A DNA stretch of 64,000 bases, taken from the NCBI GenBank assembly GCA_951406725.2, contig OX597816.1:139996001-140060000 (forward strand), in the 5' to 3' direction. The notes under the pieces were generated by a model. That model saw nothing but the letters and a program-made list of their open reading frames with translations. It was not told where the DNA came from and did no database searches. The DNA comes from Octopus vulgaris (Eukaryota). A program made the position numbers and the translations under genes. Position 1 is the first letter of the stretch. Each line of letters starts with the position of its first letter. This document shows positions 28,755 through 40,649 of this stretch, piece by piece.

Positions 28755-29226
28755 ATATTCAGTTTTATTTCAAGATTTCTTGCCAATAAAGATCCGAGAT
28801 TCCGTCTTTGGAATATCAACATCACGTACATTTGCATATGTGCACTATTTGGAGTCAGTGGAGATTAGTATGTTTTGTTTTATGCATGTATTTTCATGCA
28901 TATAGTTGTCTGTCTAGAATTGCTTATATATACTTAAATGATAAACTTCTGGAAAATTTTACAAATTTTTACAGTTCCAGTAATGGCTTGGATCTGCAGT
29001 CTTCGAATCAGCTTACTCCTTTCTGGTTTTCAGAAGCCTAATTTCTCAAGGCTGGTACTTAGGCTGTGTGTTACATTTCCTAGAGCTCCAATAATTACTG
29101 GTGTAAACTTGAACTTCTAATCTGGGTAAAGTAACTGTAGATTTCTCAACAGTTCAGTGTAGGTATTCTCTTTTTTTTTTAATCTTTAGTCATGTGTTAA
29201 CATCCTCTGAGTAGCTGATTTCCACT
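28755..29226 (-). mobile_element. RLE-type (NeSL/R4-like) LINE 3' end in (CATA)n, copy 1
   Basis: Minus strand VEISYSEDVN..KKENTYTELLRNLQLLYPD..FTPVIIGALG..LQIQAITGTVKICKIF resembles a restriction-like endonuclease C-terminus. AATAAA then (TACA)n; (TATG)n on both sides. Confidence 0.75.
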
Positions 29227-29281
29227 ATGTATGTATGTATGTATGTATGTATGTATGTATGTATGTATGTATGTATGTATG

Positions 29282-29312
<31 letters not shown>

Positions 29313-30108
29313 GTATATGTATGTATCTATTTGTGTATATGTATGTATTTATACTGTATGTATGACCTAGTGTTTAGGAGGTCGGCCTCACAATCATACG
29401 GTCGTGGGTTCGATTCATGGACTTAGCAACACGTTCTGTCTAAAGTTATTCGTTTACTCAGTTGGAAATGGGTTCCAGCTGACAGCTAGTGCACTTGCCT
29501 ATCCTTTCATCCGTCATTTCCTCGATGTTCCCCTGTGTCAGAGACAAGAGGACGGAGAGGATGTCCATGCCTGCCCTTTGCGATTACACTGGCTTCCGAA
29601 ACAACTAGCGGCTAAGCTTTCGTATACATATACACAAGACCAAACGCAGAAAACACACACACTGTACATAAAAATATACATAGATATAAATATATTTATC
29701 AAGTTCGTTATTGCTAACTTTGCATCTGTGAGAAACTGCATAAACAGCTACAGTCTGCTGGCTTTATCAACATTAATACCGATTTATATAGCATTGTTAC
29801 CATCAAAGAAACGCTCTGTTAATAAACTTCAAACCATTAGCCGCAAATAACCTGGAAAGACCGCCTTATCACTAGTTGGCCAATAGGCAATTGCATGTTC
29901 ATAATAATGAAATTATTTCCTCTAGTCACGACCAGTGCTGACACTCAGCAAATACATCAAATAATGAAAGCAAATATACACGTATAATTACATACACACA
30001 TAAACACGCGCGTCAGCGCATATAAATACACACGTTTATACACTTAGATACGCACACACATACACACAGATACACACATATATGTATACATTCATATGTA
30101 TGTATGTA

Positions 30109-30524
30109 ATTATTCAGTTTTATTTCAAAAGTTCTTGCCAATAGAGAAAGAGACGGTTTCTAACCTAGATTCAAGGCTCCTTCATTGGAATATCATCAAC
30201 AACAGGGTATGTATGTATGTATGTATGTATGTATGTATGTATGTATGTATGTATGTATGTATGTACGTATGTATGTATGCATGTATGTATGTACGAACGT
30301 ATGCATGTACGTATATGTGCAGATTTGCATGCTTTGCTTTATGTATGTATTTTCATATATATAGTTGCATATCTAGACATGCTCATATGTATTTAAATTA
30401 TAACATTCTGAAAAGTTTTACAGACTTTTAGTTTCAGTGAGAGATTGGATCTGTAGACTTCGAATCAGTTTTCTCCTATCTGGTTTTGAGAAGCTTAATT
30501 TCTGAAGATTGGTATTTAGGCAGT
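30109..30524 (-). mobile_element. RLE-type LINE 3' end in (CATA)n, copy 2
   Basis: Homologous to 28755-29065 (ATTCAGTTTTATTTCAA..TCTTGCCAATA..TTCGAATCAG..); bounded by (TATG)n with an internal (TATG)n expansion. Confidence 0.7.
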
Positions 30525-30601
30525 GTATGCATGTATGTATGTATGTATGTATGTATGTATGTATGTATGTATGTATGTATGTATGTATGTATGTATGTAT
30601 G

Positions 30602-30638
<37 letters not shown>

Positions 30639-30647
30639 GTGTGTGTA

Positions 30648-30694
<47 letters not shown>

Positions 30695-30706
30695 ATATGT
30701 ATATAG

Positions 30707-31109
30707 CTATATTAAATATCTGAGCGAGAGGTAAACAGTAACAGTACAGAATCGTAAAATATATATTGCCAACTAAATGTGGCGATCCCATAGAGGACGA
30801 TGTTTACTGTTGCTTTTAGCCCTATGAAGACATCTCCTCCAGCTGGCTTAATGACACACTCTGTCCGATTAGTATTTGCGAGGGGAGGTCATCGCTCCCA
30901 TCTCCAACCTTACGTGATACACACAGACCCGGGTTTCTCAATAGTTACACGTCTTCAGTGTGTGATAATGACCAGCTGTTGATAAAAACTCATTCCACTC
31001 GCAAAATACTATATGTTTTTTCCAGCGAAAAACTCGCTGATCTCGAAAAGGAGAAATAAACTATATTAAATCTCTGAACGAGAGGTAAACAGTAACAGTA
31101 CGGAATCGT
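30707..31109 (-). mobile_element. Retrozyme-like / non-autonomous PLE-like unit: 354-bp monomer with 49-bp terminal direct repeat
   Basis: 30707-30755 repeats at 31061-31109 with 3 mismatches; no ORF; contains a hammerhead motif; embedded in microsatellites. Confidence 0.6.
30920..30964 (-). ncRNA. Minimal type I hammerhead ribozyme motif (stem II decayed)
   Basis: Minus strand CACACA-CUGAAGA-CGUGUAACUAUUGA-GAAA-CCCGG-GUC-UGUGUG: 6-bp stem I, intact core boxes, palindromic stem III ACCCGGGU, GUC cleavage triplet. Confidence 0.7.
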
Positions 31110-31294
31110 TATGGATAGAGAGACAGACAGGCAGACAGACACACAGACCGACACACAGACACACAGACACACATACATGCATACATACATACATACATAC
31201 ATACATACATACATACATACATACATACATACATACCTATTATCGCTTATTTGTTTCAGTCATTGGACTGCTGTCATGCTGGGGCATTTTCTTT

Positions 31295-32480
31295 GCGAAT
31301 TACAAAGGCAGAGACAAAAAACAAATAGACGGGGCGTGTTCATAATCAAACTTATTTACCGGATTCTCAGAGAAAAAGAGTTAATCAAGTTAATCATTGC
31401 AACGTTTCGGACATTGTTCCTTCTATGGAATAGTCTATAGACTGGAAAGTGAGAGAGAAAGAAGAGGAAAGACGAAGAAAAAACTGAAAATAGAAAATGG
31501 AAATAAAGAAATTTTAAAAAGTACAATCCTGCCATAAAGACCTTCGTAGAACTGGTTTACATGCTGCTTGTTAACTGTTCGAAAGCTGGATGATGGGCTA
31601 AATGGGGGTATGAAAGGGATTGTAATGGGGAATTGTGTGATTGTGTGCGTGTTAGCATGTGTGTATATGTGTGTGTTTATGTGTGTTCGTATTTGTGTCT
31701 GTGAAAGATGTGGAATAATTCTTTGTTGTTCTCGACGTATCGTGCGTTTGTGTGTTTGCGTGACTGTTTGCGTGACTGTTTGCGTGTATATTTGTACCTG
31801 ACTGTACAGACCGGTGAATGGAGGTCGAAAGGAGCGTGAGTTTGGAGAGGAAAATAAAACGCTACACTCTACGAAATATGGTGTTCACAAATACTGTGGG
31901 TAAGGCCAAATCAAGTTATAACAAAAAGTTAGTGAAATATTTAAAATGTTTACAGTTGGATAGATAGACAAATATAACAAAATAATTTGATAAAAAAGGT
32001 GAATTTTTTATTATTTTCTGAGATTTTACAAAAATAACAAAATTACGGTAAGTTGTCGTGAAGGAATCATCTAAATTATGACCAGTTTAACCAATATACA
32101 AAGCATTACAGAGGGAGTATTTTAGGTGAAAAGATGATCTTGTTAGATGTGCAGGTGAAAGAATCAGAATTATGGTAGGTGGAACCCATGGAGGTGTTCC
32201 AATAAGGTGTTTTAACAGAACTGAAAACAAGGGGAGGATCCAAAAAGGCAGGAGGGAAGGAGTTGAAGGAACTACAAACGAGTAAGTCGTAAAGTCTATG
32301 GAATTATGAGAGGGGTGGATTTGGGGCAACAGAAGAGAGACTGCTTGAACTAGATGAGGCGGATCAAATTTTCCAGAGACACCAGCCTAATTTGGAAATA
32401 ATTATCACCGAAGAACTTGTTGGTATATCTATTTTGTATGATACACATACAGAAATTTTCATTTTATTAAAAAGAAACAT
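31295..32480 (-). mobile_element. Probable degenerate Penelope-like 3' region
   Basis: Pyrimidine-rich (minus-strand) 3' UTR-like tract ending in a decayed hammerhead-like AGGA-ACAAUG-UCC-GAAACGUU at 31401-31430; coding similarity is weak. Confidence 0.35.
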
Positions 32481-33005
32481 TCATTTAACACATTCCAGAA
32501 AAGAAAAAATGGAATAGTTCTCAAATGTATCTTTTTTTTTCTCTTTGGGCATAATTGCAATGTATATCATCGAAACGTATGAGAAAGCAAAGTCGAAGCG
32601 TGTGACTTATCTAAAATTCCTCTCACCCACTTCTGAAAAACATTTTACCACATATTTCGCTATTGTTGTAATCTACTCCATCTGAAACGAGTTTGTAGAA
32701 AATTTCATTAAAAAAATATCCATTTTTTAAAAAAATTATGAGGAAACAAGGTGATAGGAGGGGCATTCTTATGTAGTTATGTCAGTACCACTATATCCAG
32801 TATACGATGATAGCAGAACCCCATATTACACAATTGTCTATAATCGGAATAGAAAATGTTCAGCGTATATATTTCCTAGTTTGGAGCTAATAGTTTTTTT
32901 TTTGTAAAGGTGGACTTGTTCGCCGCAGTTTTCCATACCAATAATTTTTATTTCTTTTTATAGAATTCAGTCAGTTCTCTTCGTTACAAATAATACCACC
33001 TACAG

Positions 33006-33344
33006 CAGTGGTTCTCAGTCAGGTCCATATGACTCCTGGGAGTTCGTGCAAGATTTCTGGGAGTCCACGCTAGCAAAATACTAAGTTGAGAATTCCACAG
33101 TAGTATTTTAAGGGTCCATGAAAAAGTTTGATTTTGATGTGTTTATTGCAAGAAACAGTTATGTTTCTTTCTTTAACATTTTACATAGTTCAACCTACAC
33201 ATGGTAATTTGTGAAAGACAAAATACGACTGTGAAAGAAGCGTTTATAAAGTTAGTTTTTAAACAATGAACGGCTATGGGGGTCCACCGGAATAGAATTG
33301 TCATGAAAGGGGTCTATAGGTAAAAAAATAGTTGAAACCCACTG
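33006..33344. mobile_element. hAT (Charlie-like) MITE
   Basis: Termini CAGTGGTTCTCA / TTGAAACCCACTG; imperfect 8-bp flanks ACCTACAG / GTCTACAT. Confidence 0.7.
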
Positions 33345-33864
33345 GTCTACATTAAGTAGGAAATCATTTACATTGAGTCAACAATATCCTTTCTTGCTGT
33401 ATTTATTTTCTCTGGTTTCTTTTATGTGTCATATGAACCTTATTGTACACAAATCTTTTTATAAACCGCTTATCTATATATATGCAGTTTTATTTTTGTT
33501 GTTGCTTTTCATTTATTGTTGTGCTTAGGAATGACATATAGCCTGTGGGTCTTTTACTGATCAGAACATAAAGGAACGAGTGATGCAGTTAATGTGACAT
33601 TTGACAAGATAGAAGTGGTAGTGTATTACAAGGAACACATTAGGAAAGAATGTGTAGCATTTTGCTATTATTGTTATTGTACATGTTATCACCTTAGGTT
33701 ATGGCCAGATCAAGAGTATAGTTTGTTCGTCCAAAGACTAGACGTTTCTAGTGCTCCGGCTATATCAATCATTCTCCGTCATCACTCCTACCCGCCTCGC
33801 ACCACTATTTGTCGACCATATTGCATACTTTCAACATGCACTGGTTTATCCTGGTGTGACTGAT

Positions 33865-34097
33865 CGCCATCATCACCAACATCATCATCATCAACATCAT
33901 CATCGTCACTGTCATTTTCCTCCTCTTCTTAATCTTCCTCTTCTTTTTCTTCCTCCAACTCACCATCATCATCATCATCACCGTCACATTCAGCACCACC
34001 ATCATTATCGCCAAAACCATCACCACCACCGCCATCAGCAGCAGTAGCACCACCACCACCATCATCACCATCATCATTATCATCATCACTATCATCG
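33865..34097. repeat. Degenerate (CAT)/(CAC) trinucleotide tract
   Basis: Directly visible; gives the His-rich pseudo-ORF. Confidence 0.85.
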
Positions 34098-34334
34098 ACG
34101 AGCTAGCGAGAGAACTACTTCGCAATCACTTGGCTTAGAAAATCTTCTTCAAACCATTCTCTGCAGTCTTAAAAAAGAATGAAGGAGACATTAATCAGAG
34201 AAGTAATAGATATAGAATCTCTGAATGAAAGATGAAATTGCCAGACCAGGAATGACTTTGATCACAAATCTGTGGGATTAGAGATTACTTTGGGCTGAGC
34301 TACATCATTACCACCATATATATATATATGGGGG

Positions 34335-34560
34335 TGTATGTTTGTGTGTCTGTGTTTGTCCTCCCCTTCCCAACATTGCTTGACAACCGATGCTGGCGTG
34401 TTTACGTCCCCGTCACTTAACGATTCGGCAAGAGAGACCGATAGAATAATTACTAGGCTTACAAAGAATAAGTCCTGGGGTCGATTTGCTCGACTAGAGG
34501 AGGTGCTCCAGCATGGCCGCAGTCAAATGACTGAAACAAATAAAAGAAAAGAAAGAAAAG
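34335..34560 (+). mobile_element. SINE family A, 3' half
   Basis: GCTTGACAACCGATGCTGG..GAATAAGTCCTGGGGTCGATTTGCTCGACT..GGTGCTCCAGCATGGCCGCAGTCAAATGACTGAAAC. Confidence 0.9.
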
Positions 34561-34632
34561 ATAACACCGCAACGCTACGTTTTCACTCAAGCGATTGCAC
34601 ACACACACGCATACACAAACAAACACTCTCTC

Positions 34633-34830
<198 letters not shown>

Positions 34831-35040
34831 GTGACTGTCAAAATGAGCATGACTATCACTTTCCTTGATGCTAAAGAAAACGGCTGTCAGTAATACCTGT
34901 GCTGAAATTTAAAGTCCAATAACAGCTTGCACAACATTGCTAAGCCTCACCTTTCAAAGTCGAGTGATCCGAAAACAAGCAATAACAAGATCTCCAGCTT
35001 CGCAACAAGGCGAGTATTATTTCGAACTTTCCTTCTAGAG

Positions 35041-35333
35041 CAGGGCTGGCCGCGGGTCGCGTGAGGCCCACTTGATGCTTTCTTGAAATAGGTTTATTTA
35101 AACAAACATTTTTTTAAATTGTATCAAAAATTAAAAACTGTAATGAAAAGTAAAAAAGAAAGATACTACTGTTTTTGCAACGATATTATTTCATGTTGAA
35201 TCAATGATCATTCATTATTGTAATACTAGCATGAGAAAGCAAAATGCTTTCAATTCTGTAGTATACAAGCGGCCCTCAAAAACCTTTCTGTGATTAAAGT
35301 GGCCTGCAATGTAATTCAAGTTGGCCAAGCCTG
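35041..35333. mobile_element. hAT (Charlie-like) MITE with perfect 8-bp TSD
   Basis: TSD TTCTAGAG at 35033-35040 and 35334-35341; TIRs CAGGGCTGGCC / GGCCAAGCCTG. Confidence 0.85.
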
Positions 35334-35344
35334 TTCTAGAGCGT

Positions 35345-35568
35345 TACCTAAATAAGTACTAGAGGTTTCTCACTCTCATGTGTTGGATGGTCTTTGAGTT
35401 CATCGACTTTTGACAGGATTTAAAAAATATTTTTTGTCCTGCAGGGTATTCACAGAAAACCCTCCTACTTACTAAACAGGCTTGGTAGGGTTGCCGGTTT
35501 AGCCGCCGATGGCCCGACTATCAGATGGGTTGTACTAGTTTCATGTTACCAGTAGCTCTAAGAGTCAT
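35345..35568 (-). mobile_element. RTE 5' UTR fragment (extreme 5' end)
   Basis: GTTGCCGGTTTAG..GGCCCGAC..ATGTTACCAGTAGC matches 22715-22895. Confidence 0.65.
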
Positions 35569-36317
35569 ATACATACATACATACATACATACATACATAC
35601 ATACATACATACATACATACACACATACATACATACACATATATGCATGCAAATATGTATGTATGTTCAACCGTCTTCTTTCAGTTTCTGTCAATCAAAT
35701 CAACAAAGCATTCGTTAGTCCGGAGCTATGGCAGAGGACACTAGCCCAATGTTCCCCTCTGTTGCACAAAACCCCAAACCACATAGTTGGGAAGCGATGG
35801 CCATGAATATGTTCCAAGTATTTACTCTGCCTGCTGCTAGAGTATTTTTATGGTATATAAGAAAAGTATAGGGAAACATGTTTACCTGATGATTGTTCGT
35901 ACAATCTGAGATCCAGCTTGCACGAAAACGTCATAATTTATTCTATATATTTCCACATAGAGCAGTGGTCCTTGTATTGACAAATTACTCCGTTAAGCAA
36001 AAGGAATATCATCAAAAGTGTGTGTCTTCTATCATCTCTTTAATAATAGAGTTTGCATTCCTGTGATACTTATTTCTTCGGCATAAAGTTGGACCAGTTT
36101 ACAAATTTAAAATTACCTTAGTTTTATTCAAAATGCCAGTTTTGTAAGCCTCTATCACTTCGTCACCAACTTTTTCTGGTGATGAAATGAGACCATTAGG
36201 CATGGCTGTTTGGACACCATCGATTTGGCACGACTGACTGGATATTCAGCCTGTTTTGGCAGTGGAGACAAACGCACGCGCGCATACCCGCGGAGATATA
36301 CGCATACAAATACCAAG

Positions 36318-36352
<35 letters not shown>

Positions 36353-36389
36353 CAGACAGACAAAGATAAAGAGAGACAGAAAGACAGAA

Positions 36390-36428
<39 letters not shown>

Positions 36429-37137
36429 GGAAAGAACAAGAGAAGCATTGAAACGTCTGATCTCAAATAAGTCAGCGTCGAATCAGCGACGCCGAACATA
36501 CGACACCAAAACAGCTTTGCCAAAACGGCTTAGTCAAACCGTCTAATACTCATTTGAAAACCATCTTAACATCAGTGTAAATCCTTCGACAAAGCCATCT
36601 GTTGAGCCTATATTTACGTATTGATAGCTACAGCATTAGCATTAACATTAGCATTAGGCTTCTAACCGCCAGTTTGCCCATGCTTTAAGACAGCACCGTT
36701 GCCTTCCTACCCCTCTGAAAAACAATAAAATAGAAGTCTCAGATGACTCAAAAATATGTTAGAACTTAAGTAGAGTTTGAACGTTTTTATAGGTGTCTAA
36801 GGTGGTTGTATTGTTGCTGTCTCGAATGAGCTGTATAGTGGTTTTCCCTCTTGGCTGGCGAGGGAAGTCTCCGGTGTCTTCGTGGCGCGTATTGAATGGT
36901 AATAAAAATACATCGGTTTCTTTCGATGCAGAAAGTGACATGTTACACGTTCAAGTATAATATATACATGCTGTCAACTGAGTAGTATTACATACTAGCT
37001 GTCAACATTTCAGTACAATGTATACATTGTCAACACCTCACTACCGTACACATTCAACAATTGAATGAAACAATGAAACCAACTCGAATAACTGAAAGAC
37101 TTTAGTTAAAACACACACACACACACACAAATACATT

Positions 37138-37237
<100 letters not shown>

Positions 37238-37252
37238 TATATATATTTATAA

Positions 37253-37434
37253 AGGGCGGCGGCAAGCTGGCAGAAACGTTAGCACGCCGGGCGAAATGCG
37301 TAGCCGTATTTCGTCTGCCGTTACGTCGATAAATTAAGTACCAGTTACGCACTGGCGTCGATGCAATCGACTTAATCCCTTTGTCTGTCCTTGTTTGTCC
37401 CCTCTATGTTTAGCCTCTTGTGGGCAATAAAGAA

Positions 37435-37436
<2 letters not shown>
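37253..37436 (+). mobile_element. SINE family B with internal deletion
   Basis: GGCGGCAAGCTGGCAGAAACGTTAGCACGCCGGGCGAAATG..TCGATAAATTAAGTACCAG..AATAAAGAAAT. Confidence 0.9.
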
Positions 37437-37470
<34 letters not shown>

Positions 37471-37534
37471 CTATATATACATAGGCGTATATAGAAGCCT
37501 CCTTCCCACACTCCTATATATACATAGTGTATAT

Positions 37535-37980
37535 AGAAGCTTCCTTCCCAACCCCATGTTTCAGGGTTTCAGGGTTCAGTCTCACTGCGTGTCACCTTGT
37601 GCAAGTGATTTCTACTATAGCCTCGGGTCGACCAAAGTGGATGTGGTAGACGGAAACTGAAAGAAGCCCGCCCGTCGTATATATGTATATATGTGTGTGT
37701 GTGTGTATATATATGTCTGTCTGTCTGTCTGTATGTATGTATGTATGTATGCATATATGTATATGTGTATGTATGTATGTGTGTGTGCATTTGTCCCCTC
37801 CCCCATATCACTTGACAACCGATGCTGGTGTGTTTATGTCCCGGTAATTTAACGTTTCAGCAAAGAGACCTATAGAATATGTAAGTACTAGTCTTACAAA
37901 GAATAAGTCCTGGGTAGATTTGCTCGGTGCTCCAGCATGGCCGCAGTCAAATGATTGAAACAAGTAAAAGAATAAAAGAA
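37535..37980 (+). mobile_element. SINE family A, near full-length
   Basis: GGGTTCAGTCTC B-box, core, internal microsatellite, tail AAGTAAAAGAATAAAAGAA. Confidence 0.85.
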
Positions 37981-38553
37981 TATATATATATATAGACATG
38001 TAAATATGTATGAGTGTATGAATGCATGTATGTATATGAAACAAAAAAAAACTTGTAACTAAACGACTTACATACTAATTTGCCTGCTTTCTGAACTGTG
38101 AAACATGTATGTATCATGTAGTAATTGCTCTAATAAAACCTGTGTGTTTATATAAGAAGCCTTGTATGTACGTACATAGGTATGTAGTGGAAATTAATGC
38201 ATAGCTTACATACGTCGAAAGAGAGAGAGAGAGATAAAGGACAAGGGGGGATGTTGGTGGTGGTGGTGGAGTTATGTTGTCGACTTCAATGTAGTCAGGC
38301 ACCCCGCGTGGACTGTATTTGTGGTGTTAAGGAGTTAGGGACATATTAACTGACAGCATAGCTATTATCTCTATTCAACAACTAAACAGTAAAAGATAAT
38401 AGAGTCGAGTATAAAAACAGAACGAACAGAAAACAAACATATTAAGCATGATAAAACATGGCTAGGACTTTCTACATTGTAGCAATATCAATATTTATAG
38501 AATTCAACTAGTTCATTTGCCAATTTATCATATATATATATATATAATAAATT

Positions 38554-38595
<42 letters not shown>

Positions 38596-38599
38596 TTGG

Positions 38600-38682
<83 letters not shown>

Positions 38683-39107
38683 GTGTGTGTGTGTGTGTGT
38701 TATGCAATTGTACTCTTTTTTCATTGAAGGAAACATTTCGTTTCCGGTTTGTAAACACACGATGTGAACTTTCACAATGAAAAGTTAAACAAAAGCGTCT
38801 ATGAATTTAATAAACGTGGCTTATCCGAAGGGGGAAGTTAAGTCTCGCCTGGAAATTCAGTATTAAAAAAAATAGAATAAAATAAAAAAAAGAGAGAGAG
38901 AAGGGAAAAAGAGAAAATAAAATAAAAGCAGACGTTGAAAGTAAATTTGTGTTTTTGGTAATAATACAATTGTCGTTTGAATGGATAGAAGGGTCACTTG
39001 GAACAGTGTCTAAAACATCTGTGCTTATGTACGAGTGTGTTTGTGCATGCGTATGCATGCGTTTGTATATGTGTGTGAGTATATATACTATTTATTATCA
39101 TATATCT

Positions 39108-39297
39108 GTTACTTGTTTCAGTCATTGGAGTGCGGCCAGGCTGGGGCACTGCCTTGCAGAATTTTTAGTCGAATGAATCGACCCCAAGTACTTATTTATA
39201 TTTTAAAGCCTGGTGCTTATTCTGTCGGTCTTTTTTGCCGAACCGGTAAGTTACAGGGCCGTAAACACACCAACACCGGACACACACACATATGTGC

Positions 39298-39338
<41 letters not shown>

Positions 39339-39535
39339 TGTGTGTGTGTGTGTGTGAGTATGCATGTATATACGACGGACTTCATTCAGTTTCTGTCTAC
39401 CAAATCCACTCACAAGGCTTTTAATCCAATCGTGGTTATAGTAGAAGGCACTTGCCCAAGGTGCCACGCAGTGGGACTGAACCTGAGACCATGTGGTTAG
39501 GAAGCAAACATCTTACCACACAACCACGCTTGCCC
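39108..39535 (-). mobile_element. SINE family A, full-length
   Basis: Reverse-complement head and tail with an internal (GA)/(TG) tract. Confidence 0.85.
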
Positions 39536-39594
39536 CTTATATCCTTATATACATTATATTATATATAATGTGTCTGTATGTATGTGAGTGTGTG

Positions 39595-39637
<43 letters not shown>

Positions 39638-39669
39638 CATACATACACACACACACACACACACACACA

Positions 39670-39772
39670 ACGGGTTTCTTTTAGTCTACCAAATCCACTC
39701 ACAAGGCTTTGGTCGGCCCGAGGCTATAGTAGAAGACACTTGCCCAGGCTGCCACGCAGTGGAATTGAACCT
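39670..39772 (-). mobile_element. SINE family A fragment
   Basis: CCAAATCCACTCACAAGGCTTTGGTCGGCCCGAGGCTATAGTAGAAGACACTTGCCC. Confidence 0.85.
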
Positions 39773-39773
39773 G

Positions 39774-40145
39774 GATGCTACTACGGCTACTACAGCAGCA
39801 GGGTCGACAGTACCGATAGTAGCAGCAGAGACACGAAGAGAACCAGCGGCTACATCATCGCCTGTAATAACAATAATAACAACACCAACGACAGTAATGG
39901 CAGTATCGGAAATAGCATCAATGACAGCGCCTCCATCAACGACGATGACCATTACAACAACAGTGCTATTACCAACGCCAGTAGTAACGGCACCAGCATC
40001 ATCGCCACCTCCAATGACACCAGCATCATCGCCACCTCCAATGACACCAACACCAACAGCGCCAGTACCAACAACACCGGTAACCTCAACGCCCATACCA
40101 ACAGATACAGCACCACCAACATCCAAGCACGGATGGTATCTTTAG
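39774..40145 (+). other. Triplet-periodic Thr/Pro-rich open tract (mucin-like exon candidate or decayed trinucleotide repeat)
   Basis: DATTATTAAG..TAPASSPPPMTPASSPPPMTPTPTAPVPTTPVTSTPIPT; 27-bp in-frame tandem duplication; no clear splice acceptor. Confidence 0.3.
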
Positions 40146-40270
40146 CAAAAATAGCTCTGAAACTCAGTCTTTAACTTGGGAGGCACACATAGTACCTTTG
40201 AGGGTCACATATGACTCACAAGTTGCGGTTTAGTAGTGATAGTGTTATTGATATTGGTATATTATCAGTC

Positions 40271-40500
40271 AAGGCGGCGAACTGGCAGAATCGTTAGCAC
40301 GCCGGGCGAAATGAGTAGCCGTATTTCGTCTGCCGCTACGTTCTGAGTTCAAATTCCGCTGAGGTCGACTTTGCCTTTCATCCTTTCGGGGTCGATAAAT
40401 TAAGTACCAGTTACACACTGGGGTCGATGTAATTATCTTAATCCCTTTGTCTGTCCTTGTTTGTCCCCTCTGAGCCCCTTGTGGGTAGTAAAGAAATAGG
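40271..40500 (+). mobile_element. SINE family B, near-intact
   Basis: A-box-like CTGGCAGAATCGTTAG, B-box GAGTTCAAATTCC, Nin-like GCCTTTCATCCTTTCGGGGTCGATAAATTAAGTACCAG. Confidence 0.9.
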
Positions 40501-40649
40501 TATATTATCAGTCATTATTTGATATATCCAGTATTTAATTAAAAGACTAAATCAACTCACTGCTCCATTGAGATTTGAACTAGAAAGTAGATGGACAAAT
40601 CTGAATACTTTAAGGTGCCCCTGGGTAGTAGGGGGATTGAGATAAAATT

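Noticed and set aside
33751-34125. His-rich protein
   Set aside because: Degenerate (CAT/CAC)n tract with no supporting splice or start context.
36793-36898. Plus-strand exon candidate TTTTATAG..GTAATA
   Set aside because: Weak donor and an unrecognisable peptide; expected by chance in 64 kb.
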